Assembly (NCBI GenBank): GCA_002167845.2 | Contig: NHBO02000064.1 | Location: 80,910-144,909, forward strand | DNA length: 64,000 bases | Reading direction: 5' to 3' | From: Phycisphaera sp. TMED9 | GTDB lineage: Bacteria; Planctomycetota; Phycisphaerae; Phycisphaerales; SM1A02 | The notes under the pieces: generated by a model | The model's input: the letters and a program-made list of their open reading frames with translations, nothing else | Database searches by the model: none | What the model was told of the DNA's origin: nothing | Made by a program: the position numbers and the translations under genes | Shown: piece after piece, positions 29,405 to 38,625 of the stretch | Layout of the letters: every line of letters starts with the position of its first letter | How positions within the stretch are numbered: the first letter of the stretch is position 1

Positions 29405-30270
29405 CGACGCCTGAAGAGAAGACCAAGGCCGAGCAGTTGGCTGAACGAGCGGAACTCGCGCCACGCGAGCCATTGGAGATGCCGTATCTCCGTGCAATCC
29501 CACAGCCGACGCCGTGGCCGATCCTCGCCGCCTTCGGTGTGACCTTCATCTTCGCCGGACTGGTCACCAACTGGGTGGTGAGCGTGGTTGGCGCCGCCTT
29601 CGCGCTGGTCGGCATCATCGGTTGGTTTCGAGAGGTCTTCCCGCACGAGAATGTCGAGGCCATTCCGGTCGCGGACTGCGAAGCGGTGCTCCCGCCTCCG
29701 GTCTTCGAGCCGCGTCCGGCGAAGTCACCCCGGAACGTGGTTCCGGAGGAGATTCATCCCTACCGCAGTGGTCTGAAGGGCGCGGTGGCCGGTGCCGTCG
29801 CGATGGCGGTGGTCGCCGCGGGTTGGGGGCTGATCGACGAAGGCAGCCTCTGGATGCCCATCAATCTTCTCGCCGGCACCGTGCTTCCATCGGTGGGCGA
29901 GGCGACGCTCGAACAGCTTCGGCTCTTCAACGGGGTCTGGTTCGCGACCGCGGTGGCGGTGCACGTCTGTCTGAGTCTCGCGGTCGGCATGGTCTTCGTG
30001 GTCTCGCTTCCGATGATGCCCCGCAGGCCGCTGCTGGCCGGCGGCCTGATTGCGCCGATCATCTGGACGGGTATCGCCTGGGCCACGCTGCGGGTGGTCA
30101 ACCCGACTCTCGAACAGTACATCTCGTGGCCATGGTTCCTTGGAAGTCAGATCGCGTTCGGGCTCGCGTGCGCCATGGTGATCGCCCGGTCCACGAAGGT
30201 CCGACTGCATATCGGTCGTTCCTTCGAAGATCGAATGGGCTTCGAACAGACCGAGGGAGATGAATCTTGA
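29401..30270 (+). CDS. Membrane protein; N-terminus resembles the first two helices of oxidase subunit III/actinobacterial CtaF, followed by an uncharacterised multi-TM domain
   Basis: ATG overlaps the ctaE stop (ATGA). PQPTPWPILAAFG...IIGWFRE, then ~4 further TMs. Confidence 0.7.
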   Translation: MTTPEEKTKAEQLAERAELAPREPLEMPYLRAIPQPTPWPILAAFGVTFIFAGLVTNWVVSVVGAAFALVGIIGWFREVFPHENVEAIPVADCEAVLPPPVFEPRPAKSPRNVVPEEIHPYRSGLKGAVAGAVAMAVVAAGWGLIDEGSLWMPINLLAGTVLPSVGEATLEQLRLFNGVWFATAVAVHVCLSLAVGMVFVVSLPMMPRRPLLAGGLIAPIIWTGIAWATLRVVNPTLEQYISWPWFLGSQIAFGLACAMVIARSTKVRLHIGRSFEDRMGFEQTEGDES

Positions 30271-31082
30271 TCCGGTCCGAATCCAATCATCTTCGTCGGC
30301 GGTTCCTCGCCCCCGCGAGCCTTCGTCTCGCGATCGCGGCCGCTGCGGCGATGGGATTCGTCGGTTGTGACCGGCTGCCCGGAAAACCGCCGCCGAATCC
30401 GGCGCCGGTCATCTCGGTCGCAACCACGGCGGGCTTCGAGGGCATGTGGGCGGAACGCTGTTCGGGGTGCCATGGTGCGGACGGGCAGATGGGTGCCGGG
30501 TTCCCGATGCGGAATGCCGAATATCTCAAGGCGGTTCCGGATGCGGCGATGTTCTCGATCATTCGCGACGGTGTACCCAGCAGTCGAATGCCGGGATTCG
30601 GAGGCGATGCGATCGGTGGGGTCTCGGACGAGACCATCCGGGATTTCATCAAGGGAATGCATGTGACCTGGGCCGAGAGCGACCCCTCGAATGATTCACG
30701 GGGCATCGCGTGGCGTCCGACGGGCGCTGCGGGAGATCTCGACCGGGGGGCCACGATCTTCGCGGCGAAGTGCGCCGCGTGCCATCCTGCCGAACAGGTC
30801 GCGCCGACGCAGAAGGGAATGGCGATCGATGAGTTGGTCGCGGGCAGCGTGACCGATCCCTTCTACCTTCGATTGGTGAGTGACCAGCATCTGCGATCGA
30901 ACATCGTGTTCGGTCGCAAGGATCTGGGAATGCCGGGAGCCGCCGGGCCGTTCCGCGGACCGGATGGTGGGGAAGTCACGACGCCTCTGGAGGCCGCCGA
31001 CGTCGCCGACCTCGTGGCGTTCCTGGCCTCGAAGCGCAATACCTGGCCGTCGGGACCGGAAGTGGAGGATGGTGCACCATGA
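30267..31082 (+). CDS. Diheme c-type cytochrome lipoprotein (QcrC-like position)
   Basis: Lipobox FVGC, CSGCH and CAACH, distal Met candidates SRMPGF and LGMPG. Confidence 0.9.
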   Translation: MIRSESNHLRRRFLAPASLRLAIAAAAAMGFVGCDRLPGKPPPNPAPVISVATTAGFEGMWAERCSGCHGADGQMGAGFPMRNAEYLKAVPDAAMFSIIRDGVPSSRMPGFGGDAIGGVSDETIRDFIKGMHVTWAESDPSNDSRGIAWRPTGAAGDLDRGATIFAAKCAACHPAEQVAPTQKGMAIDELVAGSVTDPFYLRLVSDQHLRSNIVFGRKDLGMPGAAGPFRGPDGGEVTTPLEAADVADLVAFLASKRNTWPSGPEVEDGAP

Positions 31083-31663
31083 GTGAACGACCCAGCGAAG
31101 AATCAACCGGCGTCGATTCCGCTTCCGCGAATTCATCGGAAGCCGATGGTTGCGAGGGATGCGAAGCCGCCAAGGGTGGGGGGCGTCGCGGATTCCTCTT
31201 CGCCGCCGGCACCACCCTGCTCACCGTGGGCGGTGGGCTCGCGGCAGTACCGATCGTCGGGGTCGCCATCGGACCGGCGGAGGCCGGCGATCCGAATCGC
31301 TGGATCTCGCTCGGCAAGGCGACGGATTTCAAGATCGGTGAGACGGTCCTGGTCAAGTTCACGAATCCCTGGGATTCACCGACCGACGGCGACACCAACG
31401 AGAACGTCTGTTACGTGCGGTGCATCGACCATGCGACCTTCCAGGTCTTCGCAGTGACCTGCGCCCACCTTGGTTGTCCGGTCGAGTGGTTCGCCCAGTC
31501 GCGACTCTTCATGTGTCCGTGTCATGGCGGCGTCTACTATGAGGATGGGGCCCGGGCCTCGGGGCCGCCGCCTCGCGGCCTGTACGAATACGTCTGGCGG
31601 GTCGAGGACGGCAGCTTTGAAATCCTGGGCGGTCGTCTGCCCGGTCTTCAGGAGAGCACCTGA
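31079..31663 (+). CDS. qcrA: Rieske iron-sulfur subunit of quinol:cytochrome c reductase
   Basis: Tat motif GRRGFL plus TM, CAHLGC and FMCPCHGGVY boxes, GPPPRGL. Confidence 0.95.
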   Translation: MSERPSEESTGVDSASANSSEADGCEGCEAAKGGGRRGFLFAAGTTLLTVGGGLAAVPIVGVAIGPAEAGDPNRWISLGKATDFKIGETVLVKFTNPWDSPTDGDTNENVCYVRCIDHATFQVFAVTCAHLGCPVEWFAQSRLFMCPCHGGVYYEDGARASGPPPRGLYEYVWRVEDGSFEILGGRLPGLQEST

Positions 31664-31664
31664 C

Positions 31665-33200
31665 ATGAAGAGTTCAGGTGTCATTGGACGAACCCTCGGG
31701 TGGGTCGACGATCGGACCGGTCTGGTCGCGGTCACCGAGCACGCGATGTTCCACAAGGTTCCGCGGAGCGCCAAGTGGTGGTACGTCTTCGGCAGTGCCA
31801 CGCTGATGTTCTTCATCGTGCAGTTGGTGACCGGCGTTCTGCTGACGACCCTCTTCGTGCCGAGCGCGGCCGAGGCGTATCAGAGCCTCGTCTACATCGA
31901 CGAGAAGATTCCCATGGGATGGATGCTCCGCGCCCTTCACGGCTGGAGCTCGAACGCCATGTGCATCATGATGTTGATCCACATGACGCAGATCTTCCTG
32001 CACGGGACGTACAAGTACCCGCGGGAATTGACCTGGGTCGCGGGCGTCGCCTTGTGCGTCACCACGCTCGGTCTCGCGTTCACCGGTCAGATCATGCGCT
32101 GGGATGCCAACGCCTACTGGGGCCTCGGCATCGGTGCCGCGATCGTGGACCGGGTCCCGCTGATCGGGAACTGGTTGCGGTCGGTGGTTCTCGGTGGTCC
32201 GGACATCTCCGGTGCGACGCTCAGTCGATTCTTCGCATTGCACGTCTTCATCCTCCCCGGCACGGCGATCGGGCTGATCGGGCTGCACTTGATCCTCGTT
32301 CTCAAGGGTGGCATCAGCGAGATGCCCAAGGTCGGCCAGCCCGTCGAGCCCGAGACCTACCGCGAGGAATACGAAGGCCGGGTCAAGAAGACCGGCGTAC
32401 CGTTCTTCCCCGATGCGGCACGACGCGACATGGTCTTCTGCGGTGCGGCATTGATCGGATTGATCGGCCTCGCCGCCTGGTATGGCCCCTTCGGGCCCGG
32501 GCCGCTTCCGAGTCCGACGATCATCGAGGTCGCTCCGCGTCCGGACGGCCTCTTCCTCTGGTTGTTCGCGGTGCTCGCATTGCTTCCGCCGGACACCGAG
32601 ACGTTCCTGATCCTGGTCGGGCCACCGGTGGGAATCGCCTTCCTCGCCGCACTTCCATTCATCTCTCCGCGCGGTGAACGAGCGCCGTCTCGACGCCCGA
32701 TCTCCGTGATCATCCTCTGCATCATCGTGACCGCGCTGGCGGTTCTGACCTGGCTTGGTGAGACGTCCCCCTGGAGTCCGGTGATGAAGGCGTGGACGTC
32801 CATACCCACGCCGGTGGAGTACGTTCGCGGCCGGTCTCCACTGGAACTTCAAGGTGCGATTCAGCTGCAGTACGCGCAGTGTCGGAACTGTCATTCCATC
32901 GGTGGGGAGGGTGGTGAACGAGGCCCGGCCCTCGATGACGTGGCGACTCGCTTGAATTGGGATCAACTGGTACGGCAGATCCAACAGGGTGGAGGCAACA
33001 TGCCCGCCTACGGCAAGAACCTCAGCAGTGCGGAGACGGAGGCGCTGGTCGCCTTCCTCTCGACGCTGGATGGAGGCCACCTTCCGGCACGCATACCGGG
33101 TGCCATGGAACGCCAGCCCGGTCGGGATCAATCACCCACCGCCGATCCTCGCGCGGAAGGCGAATCCGACGCAGACGCGGACACCGTTGCCGCACGCTGA
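31665..33200 (+). CDS. qcrB: Cytochrome b (b6+subunit IV-like) with C-terminal fused cytochrome c
   Basis: RALHGW...LIH, YKYPRELTW, FALH-x14-H, PFFP, PDGLFLW at the PEWY position, CRNCH heme c motif. ATG at 31665. Confidence 0.95.
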   Translation: MKSSGVIGRTLGWVDDRTGLVAVTEHAMFHKVPRSAKWWYVFGSATLMFFIVQLVTGVLLTTLFVPSAAEAYQSLVYIDEKIPMGWMLRALHGWSSNAMCIMMLIHMTQIFLHGTYKYPRELTWVAGVALCVTTLGLAFTGQIMRWDANAYWGLGIGAAIVDRVPLIGNWLRSVVLGGPDISGATLSRFFALHVFILPGTAIGLIGLHLILVLKGGISEMPKVGQPVEPETYREEYEGRVKKTGVPFFPDAARRDMVFCGAALIGLIGLAAWYGPFGPGPLPSPTIIEVAPRPDGLFLWLFAVLALLPPDTETFLILVGPPVGIAFLAALPFISPRGERAPSRRPISVIILCIIVTALAVLTWLGETSPWSPVMKAWTSIPTPVEYVRGRSPLELQGAIQLQYAQCRNCHSIGGEGGERGPALDDVATRLNWDQLVRQIQQGGGNMPAYGKNLSSAETEALVAFLSTLDGGHLPARIPGAMERQPGRDQSPTADPRAEGESDADADTVAAR

Positions 33201-33218
33201 CCGGAGGCGAAGCTCCTC

Positions 33219-35531
33219 ATGATCCTCGGCGTGGCCACTTCGGTCGAATTGCTCGGAGCCGCCGTTTCGGGCGCGCCCTGGACCGCGGTGGCGGCCTTGG
33301 TTTCAGTCTCCGTGTACTTCGTCGGTCGACGCCGGCTCCTGCGTGGAGGCCGTCGCACCGCCGCCAGATTTCCAGTCTGGAGACAGCTGTCGTTCGTGCT
33401 CGGTTGGGTCGGGCTTCTCGTCGCGGTGGCGACCCCGCTGGATGCGGCGGCCGAACGATCCCTGTCGGCGCACATGATCCAGCACATGCTGCTCGCCCTG
33501 GTGGTTCCGCCGCTCTGGTGGTTCGGCACTCCGGCGATGCCGATGTTGATGGGACTTCCTCGTTCGTGGCGGTCGGGCGTGCTGGGGCCGATCTTCGCGG
33601 CGCCGTGGTTTCGGGCGGTGCTGCGACGGGTGGTTCACCCGGTGGTCGGATGGGTGTTGATGGCCGCGACGACCTTGGGCTGGCATGTGCCGGCGGCCTA
33701 CGAACTGGCGATTCAGAATCCAACCTGGCATCTCGTCGAGCACGTGAGCATGCTGGGGGCCGGACTTCTGTTCTGGCTTCCCGTCGTCGCGCCGTTCCCG
33801 TACCGGTCGCCCTGGCCGCGAATCGCGTTGGTTCCCTATCTGGTCTCGGCGGATCTGGTGAACACCGTGGTGAGCGCATCGCTCGCTTTCGCCGACGCGC
33901 CGGTCTACTCGTGGTACGAAAAACTCGCGGCGGCCCGAGGGTTCGATGCGGTGCTCGATCAGCAGCTCGCCGCGGGTTTGATGTGGGTTCCGGGAAACCT
34001 GGTCTATCTGATTCCCGCGATGGTGATCACCGCGCGTTGGATGCTGGGAATCCGACCGAAGTCGCATGGTCACGCTGGAGAGGCGCGGCCGAAATCGATC
34101 TCGCTCCCCGTGCTCTCCCCGGCACGAGATCGGGGTGATCTCCTCCGGACGCCGGTGGTCGGTCGACTGCTTCGCTCTTCGGCCTTCCGGCTTGGAGTCC
34201 GACTGGCGACGCTCGCGGGCGCGGTGTTGATCGTCATCGACGGAATGCTCGGGATCGACGAGGCGCCGATGAATCTGGCGGGCACGCTTCCCTGGACGCA
34301 CTGGCGGGGGGTCACGGTGGTCTTGTTGGTCGTGCTTGGAAACGTGGCCTGTTTCGCGTGTCCCTTGATCGCGCCACGTTCCGTGCTCCGGCGCTGGATC
34401 TCGCCCCGGTGGCGTTGGCCGAAACGACTTCGATCGAAGTGGTTGGCCGTCGGCCTCGTGGTCATCTGGCTGGTCGCGTACGAGGCGTTCGATCTCTGGG
34501 CGAGTCCGGTCGCGACCGCCGTCCTGCTGGTGGGACTCGTGGCCGTCGCGACCGTCGTCGATCTCGTGTTCGAGGGCGCCTCCTTCTGTCGATATGTCTG
34601 TCCGGTCGGGCAGTATCAGATGGCGGTCTCGACGATCTCTCCCCGAACGGTCGTCGCGATGGATGTGGATCGGTGTGCGACCTGTGCCACGAAGGATTGT
34701 CTGACGGGAGGCCCCGGCGGACCGGGCTGTGGTCTCGACCTCCTGCTTCCGAGCAAGTCCGGCAATCTTGATTGCACGTTCTGTCTGGACTGCGTGAGCG
34801 CCTGCCCGCATGACAATGTCGGACTGGTTCGTCAGGTTCCCGGGAGAGATCTTGCGGAAGCGGGCTGGCGCAGCGGCATCGGTCGCCTGTCAAGACGTCT
34901 TGACTTCGGGGCGCTGCTCGCGGTGCTGGCCATCGGAGGCATCGTCAATGCGGCGGGCATGACCGGGCCGGTGGTCGAAGTGCTGGAGCAGTTCTCCGGT
35001 GGAGGTTCGGGAACGTTGGTGCAAGCGGCGTTCGTGATCGTCTCGATCCTCGTCGGCCTCGCCGTCTTGACGCTGGCGGCGATCGGTGATTCGTCGGCGC
35101 CACGAAAAGAGCGACTGACCCGGGCCGGGTTGGCGATCGCCCCGCTCGGCGCGGCGATGTGGGTGGTCCACTTCGGGTTCCATCTGGTCACCGGCTGGCC
35201 GACCGCGGAGGCATCGATGCTCCGAGTGGCGCACGACCTCGGTGTCAGCGAACGCCTGCCGGATCGGATCATGAGCTGTTGCGTGCCGCCACCGGACTGG
35301 ATGTTGCCGGCCGAGTTGCTCGTGCTCTCACTCGGCGTCGCGGGAAGCCTCGGAATCGCCTGGTGGGGGTGGCGTGCGATGGCGATTCAACGGAACGATC
35401 GGCCGACTCCGGCGACGATCACTCGTCGCTGGATCCCTTCGGCGATGGTGTTCATCACCTTGTGGGCGGTGACCGCCTGGATCGTGTTCCAGCCGATGGA
35501 GATGCGAGGCACGTCGGGATTCATGCCATGA
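33219..35531 (+). CDS. Caa3-type CtaG cytochrome c oxidase assembly factor fused to a membrane 4Fe-4S (FesM/NapH-like) domain
   Basis: SAHMIQHMLL, WHVPAAY, EH, DQQLAAGLMWVPG (CtaG). CFACP, FCRYVCPVG, CATCATKDC, CTFCLDCVSACP (ferredoxin-type). Confidence 0.85.
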   Translation: MILGVATSVELLGAAVSGAPWTAVAALVSVSVYFVGRRRLLRGGRRTAARFPVWRQLSFVLGWVGLLVAVATPLDAAAERSLSAHMIQHMLLALVVPPLWWFGTPAMPMLMGLPRSWRSGVLGPIFAAPWFRAVLRRVVHPVVGWVLMAATTLGWHVPAAYELAIQNPTWHLVEHVSMLGAGLLFWLPVVAPFPYRSPWPRIALVPYLVSADLVNTVVSASLAFADAPVYSWYEKLAAARGFDAVLDQQLAAGLMWVPGNLVYLIPAMVITARWMLGIRPKSHGHAGEARPKSISLPVLSPARDRGDLLRTPVVGRLLRSSAFRLGVRLATLAGAVLIVIDGMLGIDEAPMNLAGTLPWTHWRGVTVVLLVVLGNVACFACPLIAPRSVLRRWISPRWRWPKRLRSKWLAVGLVVIWLVAYEAFDLWASPVATAVLLVGLVAVATVVDLVFEGASFCRYVCPVGQYQMAVSTISPRTVVAMDVDRCATCATKDCLTGGPGGPGCGLDLLLPSKSGNLDCTFCLDCVSACPHDNVGLVRQVPGRDLAEAGWRSGIGRLSRRLDFGALLAVLAIGGIVNAAGMTGPVVEVLEQFSGGGSGTLVQAAFVIVSILVGLAVLTLAAIGDSSAPRKERLTRAGLAIAPLGAAMWVVHFGFHLVTGWPTAEASMLRVAHDLGVSERLPDRIMSCCVPPPDWMLPAELLVLSLGVAGSLGIAWWGWRAMAIQRNDRPTPATITRRWIPSAMVFITLWAVTAWIVFQPMEMRGTSGFMP

Positions 35532-36046
35532 CACGACCGAAGAGAAGAAACGATGGGGGGCGCAACCGTCGGTGGTGCCGGTGGTGCCGGTGGTACATGG
35601 TGCTGGCGTCGTTCCTGGCGATGCCGGTGAGTCAGGTGGAAGCCGATGGCGGCGTGGTGGTCTGGACCGGAACTCGATCGGAACGGCCGGCCGCGGTGGT
35701 GGTCTCGCCGCCTGCGCCGCGGGTCGGCGTGATCGAGATCGCCTGGGTCGGACCTCGCGATCCGGCGGCGGAAGCGATCGTCCGTCACGCCGGCGGAACG
35801 CGAATGCGTTCGGGGTTCGTGGATGCGCGGATCGACGGCGAGTTCAAGGCGTCGTTCGAGATCGCGGTGCCGGGCACGTGGTCCGTCGAGATCGATCCTG
35901 ACGGCGATGGTGTGGCGGTTCCGGTGCGCTTCGACATCGTCGTGGGAGGGCCGATTCCGGCGTGGCGATCACTCTGGTTGCCGCTCTTCGCCTGGGTCCC
36001 TCTGGTCGGGGTCGGTCTCTTGGCAGCGTGGCGGCGAGCGGTCTGA
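35528..36046 (+). CDS. Exported, C-terminally anchored hypothetical protein (YtkA-like Ig fold possible)
   Basis: ATG overlaps the previous stop; signal peptide VEA-DGG, SPPAPRVG, PGTWSVEI, C-terminal TM. Confidence 0.6.
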   Translation: MTRPKRRNDGGRNRRWCRWCRWYMVLASFLAMPVSQVEADGGVVVWTGTRSERPAAVVVSPPAPRVGVIEIAWVGPRDPAAEAIVRHAGGTRMRSGFVDARIDGEFKASFEIAVPGTWSVEIDPDGDGVAVPVRFDIVVGGPIPAWRSLWLPLFAWVPLVGVGLLAAWRRAV

Positions 36047-36076
36047 CGCGATCGGTTCCCGAGCCCGAGTCCGGTC

Positions 36077-36691
36077 TCAGAGAACGCCTCGTTCTTCGAG
36101 GGCCGCGCGGATCTGCGGTGCGGTCTCTCGGGCATGATCGATCCTGACGGCATCCCATCCCGCGGCTCGAGCGGCGGCGATGTTCTCCGGCAGATCGTCG
36201 AAGAAGACGATGTCTTCTCCCGGCGTGCCGGTTTCGACTTCAAACGCCCGGTAGATGGCGGGGTCGGGCTTGTGGAGACCGAGCAGGTGCGAGGCGTGTC
36301 GTACGCCGAGCGCCTGGATGGCCGGCACCTCAAGCAGTGGGGCCCAGTGCGAGTGACTGGTGTTCGAGAGGCAGGCGGTCGCCAGGCCCGCGCGATGGAG
36401 CTCGTCGATCAGTTCCGCCGTCCCGGCGTACGGCTCGAGGATCCAGGCGTGATGGACTCGGGCGGCTTCTTCGGGTGACCAGAGTCCACCGAAAAGATCG
36501 CTCAACTCCTGAAAGAAGTCTTCGCAGTCCACGCGGCCGGTCTGATATCGAATGATCAGTTCGTTCTTTCGGTGATCATGGTCCGACGCCGGTCGATGCT
36601 CACGCTCTGGAACCCCCGCGGCGCGACAGCCTTCCGGCCAGGATCGGCAGATGCGGACGAGGACGCCGCCGAGATCGAAGCAGATCAGCAC
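36077..36691 (-). CDS. HAD-family phosphatase (YihX-like)
   Basis: FDLGGVL, LSNT, KPDPAIY, FFDDLPENI. Confidence 0.92.
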   Translation of the reverse strand: MLICFDLGGVLVRICRSWPEGCRAAGVPEREHRPASDHDHRKNELIIRYQTGRVDCEDFFQELSDLFGGLWSPEEAARVHHAWILEPYAGTAELIDELHRAGLATACLSNTSHSHWAPLLEVPAIQALGVRHASHLLGLHKPDPAIYRAFEVETGTPGEDIVFFDDLPENIAAARAAGWDAVRIDHARETAPQIRAALEERGVL

Positions 36692-36745
36692 GCGAGAAGT
36701 CTCACTTGAATGACGAGGTGGGCGAGATCGATCATGCGTCGAACC

Positions 36746-37258
36746 TCAGCCGGCCTTTCGTTTCTCGGCTCGACGCCGGCGGAAGAACGCTTTCAGCAGT
36801 TCCGCGCACCGAGTCTCCTCGATGCCGCCGATCATCTCGACGCGATGGTTGAGCCGGCGGTCGCCGGGAATGTCGTAGAGCGAAGTGCAGGCGCCGGCCT
36901 TCGGGTCGAACGCGCCGTAGACCAGTCGTTTCAGTCGAGCATTGACCAGGGCGCCGGCGCACATCGGGCAGGGTTCCAGAGTCACTGCCATGCTGCAGCC
37001 TTCGAGTCGCCAGCTTCCGAGTCGATTTCCGGCTTCCCGCAAGGCGACCATTTCCGCATGGCCGGTCGGGTCGCAGCAGGTCTCGCGATTGTTGGCGGCT
37101 TCGCCGAGGATCTCTTCGCCGCGATAGACGACCGCACCCACCGGGACTTCGCCATTGGCGCCGGCGGCCCGGGCGAGTTCGATGGCTCGTTCCATCATCC
37201 GGACATCGACGTCGTCGACACCCGGATGGTCGTTGCATGCGATTCGAAGCCTGGACAT
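36746..37258 (-). CDS. tadA: tRNA adenosine(34) deaminase
   Basis: GEVPVGAVV, DPTGHAEM, TLEPCPMCAGA, DPKAGA, LNH, FFRRRR. Probable ATG at 37258 with AGGAG upstream. Confidence 0.93.
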   Translation of the reverse strand: MSRLRIACNDHPGVDDVDVRMMERAIELARAAGANGEVPVGAVVYRGEEILGEAANNRETCCDPTGHAEMVALREAGNRLGSWRLEGCSMAVTLEPCPMCAGALVNARLKRLVYGAFDPKAGACTSLYDIPGDRRLNHRVEMIGGIEETRCAELLKAFFRRRRAEKRKAG

Positions 37259-37365
37259 CCAGCGTCTCCTGCGAACTCGGATTCGGCGAATCGTGTCGCC
37301 TGCACCGATGTCCCGAGTACCTCTCACGATGAATCCCCGGGCCGTTGCGGTCCGACGTCGCCACC

Positions 37366-38571
37366 TCACGGTCGCGGATCCTCGGAACCACTCTGGTCAT
37401 CGGTCGGGTCGGTATCCGGCGTTTCCGGTCCTGTGGAATCAGGCGTCGAGCCCGGATCCGGGACGTCCGGTCGTGCCGGATCGACGGGTTGGTCCATCGA
37501 CTCGCCCGCATCATCCACAGAGTCTTCCTGGTTGAACGTCCGGGAATCGTCATCCGCTCGGCCCAGTACGTCGCCCAGGGTGGATGAGAGGATCTTGCCA
37601 CCGGCCACACGCTCCGCAGGAGCCACCAGAAGCAGCAGGATGCCGAGTTCGTAGAGGAGGTAAAGAGGGACGAAGAGCAGAACCATGCTCACCACGTCAG
37701 CTGGTGTGAGGATCGCGCCGAGGATGGCGCAGACCAGGACCGCGTACCGACGATTCGAAGTCAGGAACTTCCGATCCGCGATGCCCGCCCACCCGAGAAG
37801 CAGGATGACCAGGGGCATCTGGAACGCGACCGTGACCGCGAGCGCCAACGTGAGTACGAAACCGATGTACTCACCGAGCCGGAATTCCTGGGAGATGGTC
37901 CCGGCGCGACTGAGTGGCATCGAGAGGAGTTCGAAGGTGCCGGCGCCGTTGCTGGTTGGAACGACGACCACGAGGGTGCGGGTCGCCGGTTCGATCCATG
38001 CCTGGCCCGGTGCGGGATTCGCGGGCATCTCTTCGAGGACCGGGAAGACCGGAAATCCCTCGCCGTTGGATTCGACGATGCGGGTGCCGGAGTCGGGAAT
38101 GCCGAAGGCATCCGCCGGTCCCGGCACGCCGAAGGAGATCAGCACCTGAAGCATGAGCGGGAGCATCACCCAGTACAAGAGGGCGAGACCCGCCGCGGTC
38201 AGGATGGCGCTTCCCGGAATCAGAAAGTAGACGAATCGTTTTTCCTGGTTGTAGAGGCCCGGCTCGACGAACTTCCAGGCCTGCCAGAGGATCCAGGGGG
38301 CGGAGATGACCGCCGCGCCGATGAAACTCAACTTCAGATCCGTGGTCAGCACTTCGGCCGGCCCGAGCGCCTGAAGTCTCGCCGGAAGTCCGTTGGCTTC
38401 CATGGCGGCCAGCGCGGGGAGGACCAGGACGCTCCGGATCGCGGAAGCGAAGAAGAACAGGAGCACCGCCAGCGGAAGCGGGACGATCGCCGCGAGGATC
38501 AGCCGTTTCCGGAGTTCCTCGAGATGATCGCCGAAACTCATCAGGCCCTGAAGATGGTGAGGCAACGGCAT
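37366..38571 (-). CDS. tatC: Sec-independent protein translocase TatC with periplasmic insertion
   Basis: MSFGDHLEELRKRL, WKFVEPGLYNQEKR, FQMP, RRYA, LTPAD, PLYLLYELGI. Confidence 0.95.
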   Translation of the reverse strand: MPLPHHLQGLMSFGDHLEELRKRLILAAIVPLPLAVLLFFFASAIRSVLVLPALAAMEANGLPARLQALGPAEVLTTDLKLSFIGAAVISAPWILWQAWKFVEPGLYNQEKRFVYFLIPGSAILTAAGLALLYWVMLPLMLQVLISFGVPGPADAFGIPDSGTRIVESNGEGFPVFPVLEEMPANPAPGQAWIEPATRTLVVVVPTSNGAGTFELLSMPLSRAGTISQEFRLGEYIGFVLTLALAVTVAFQMPLVILLLGWAGIADRKFLTSNRRYAVLVCAILGAILTPADVVSMVLLFVPLYLLYELGILLLLVAPAERVAGGKILSSTLGDVLGRADDDSRTFNQEDSVDDAGESMDQPVDPARPDVPDPGSTPDSTGPETPDTDPTDDQSGSEDPRP

Positions 38572-38625
38572 GGTCGATGATTCTAGTGGGACCCCGCCCG
38601 GGGGCGAGGATCTCGGGGGTGGGAA

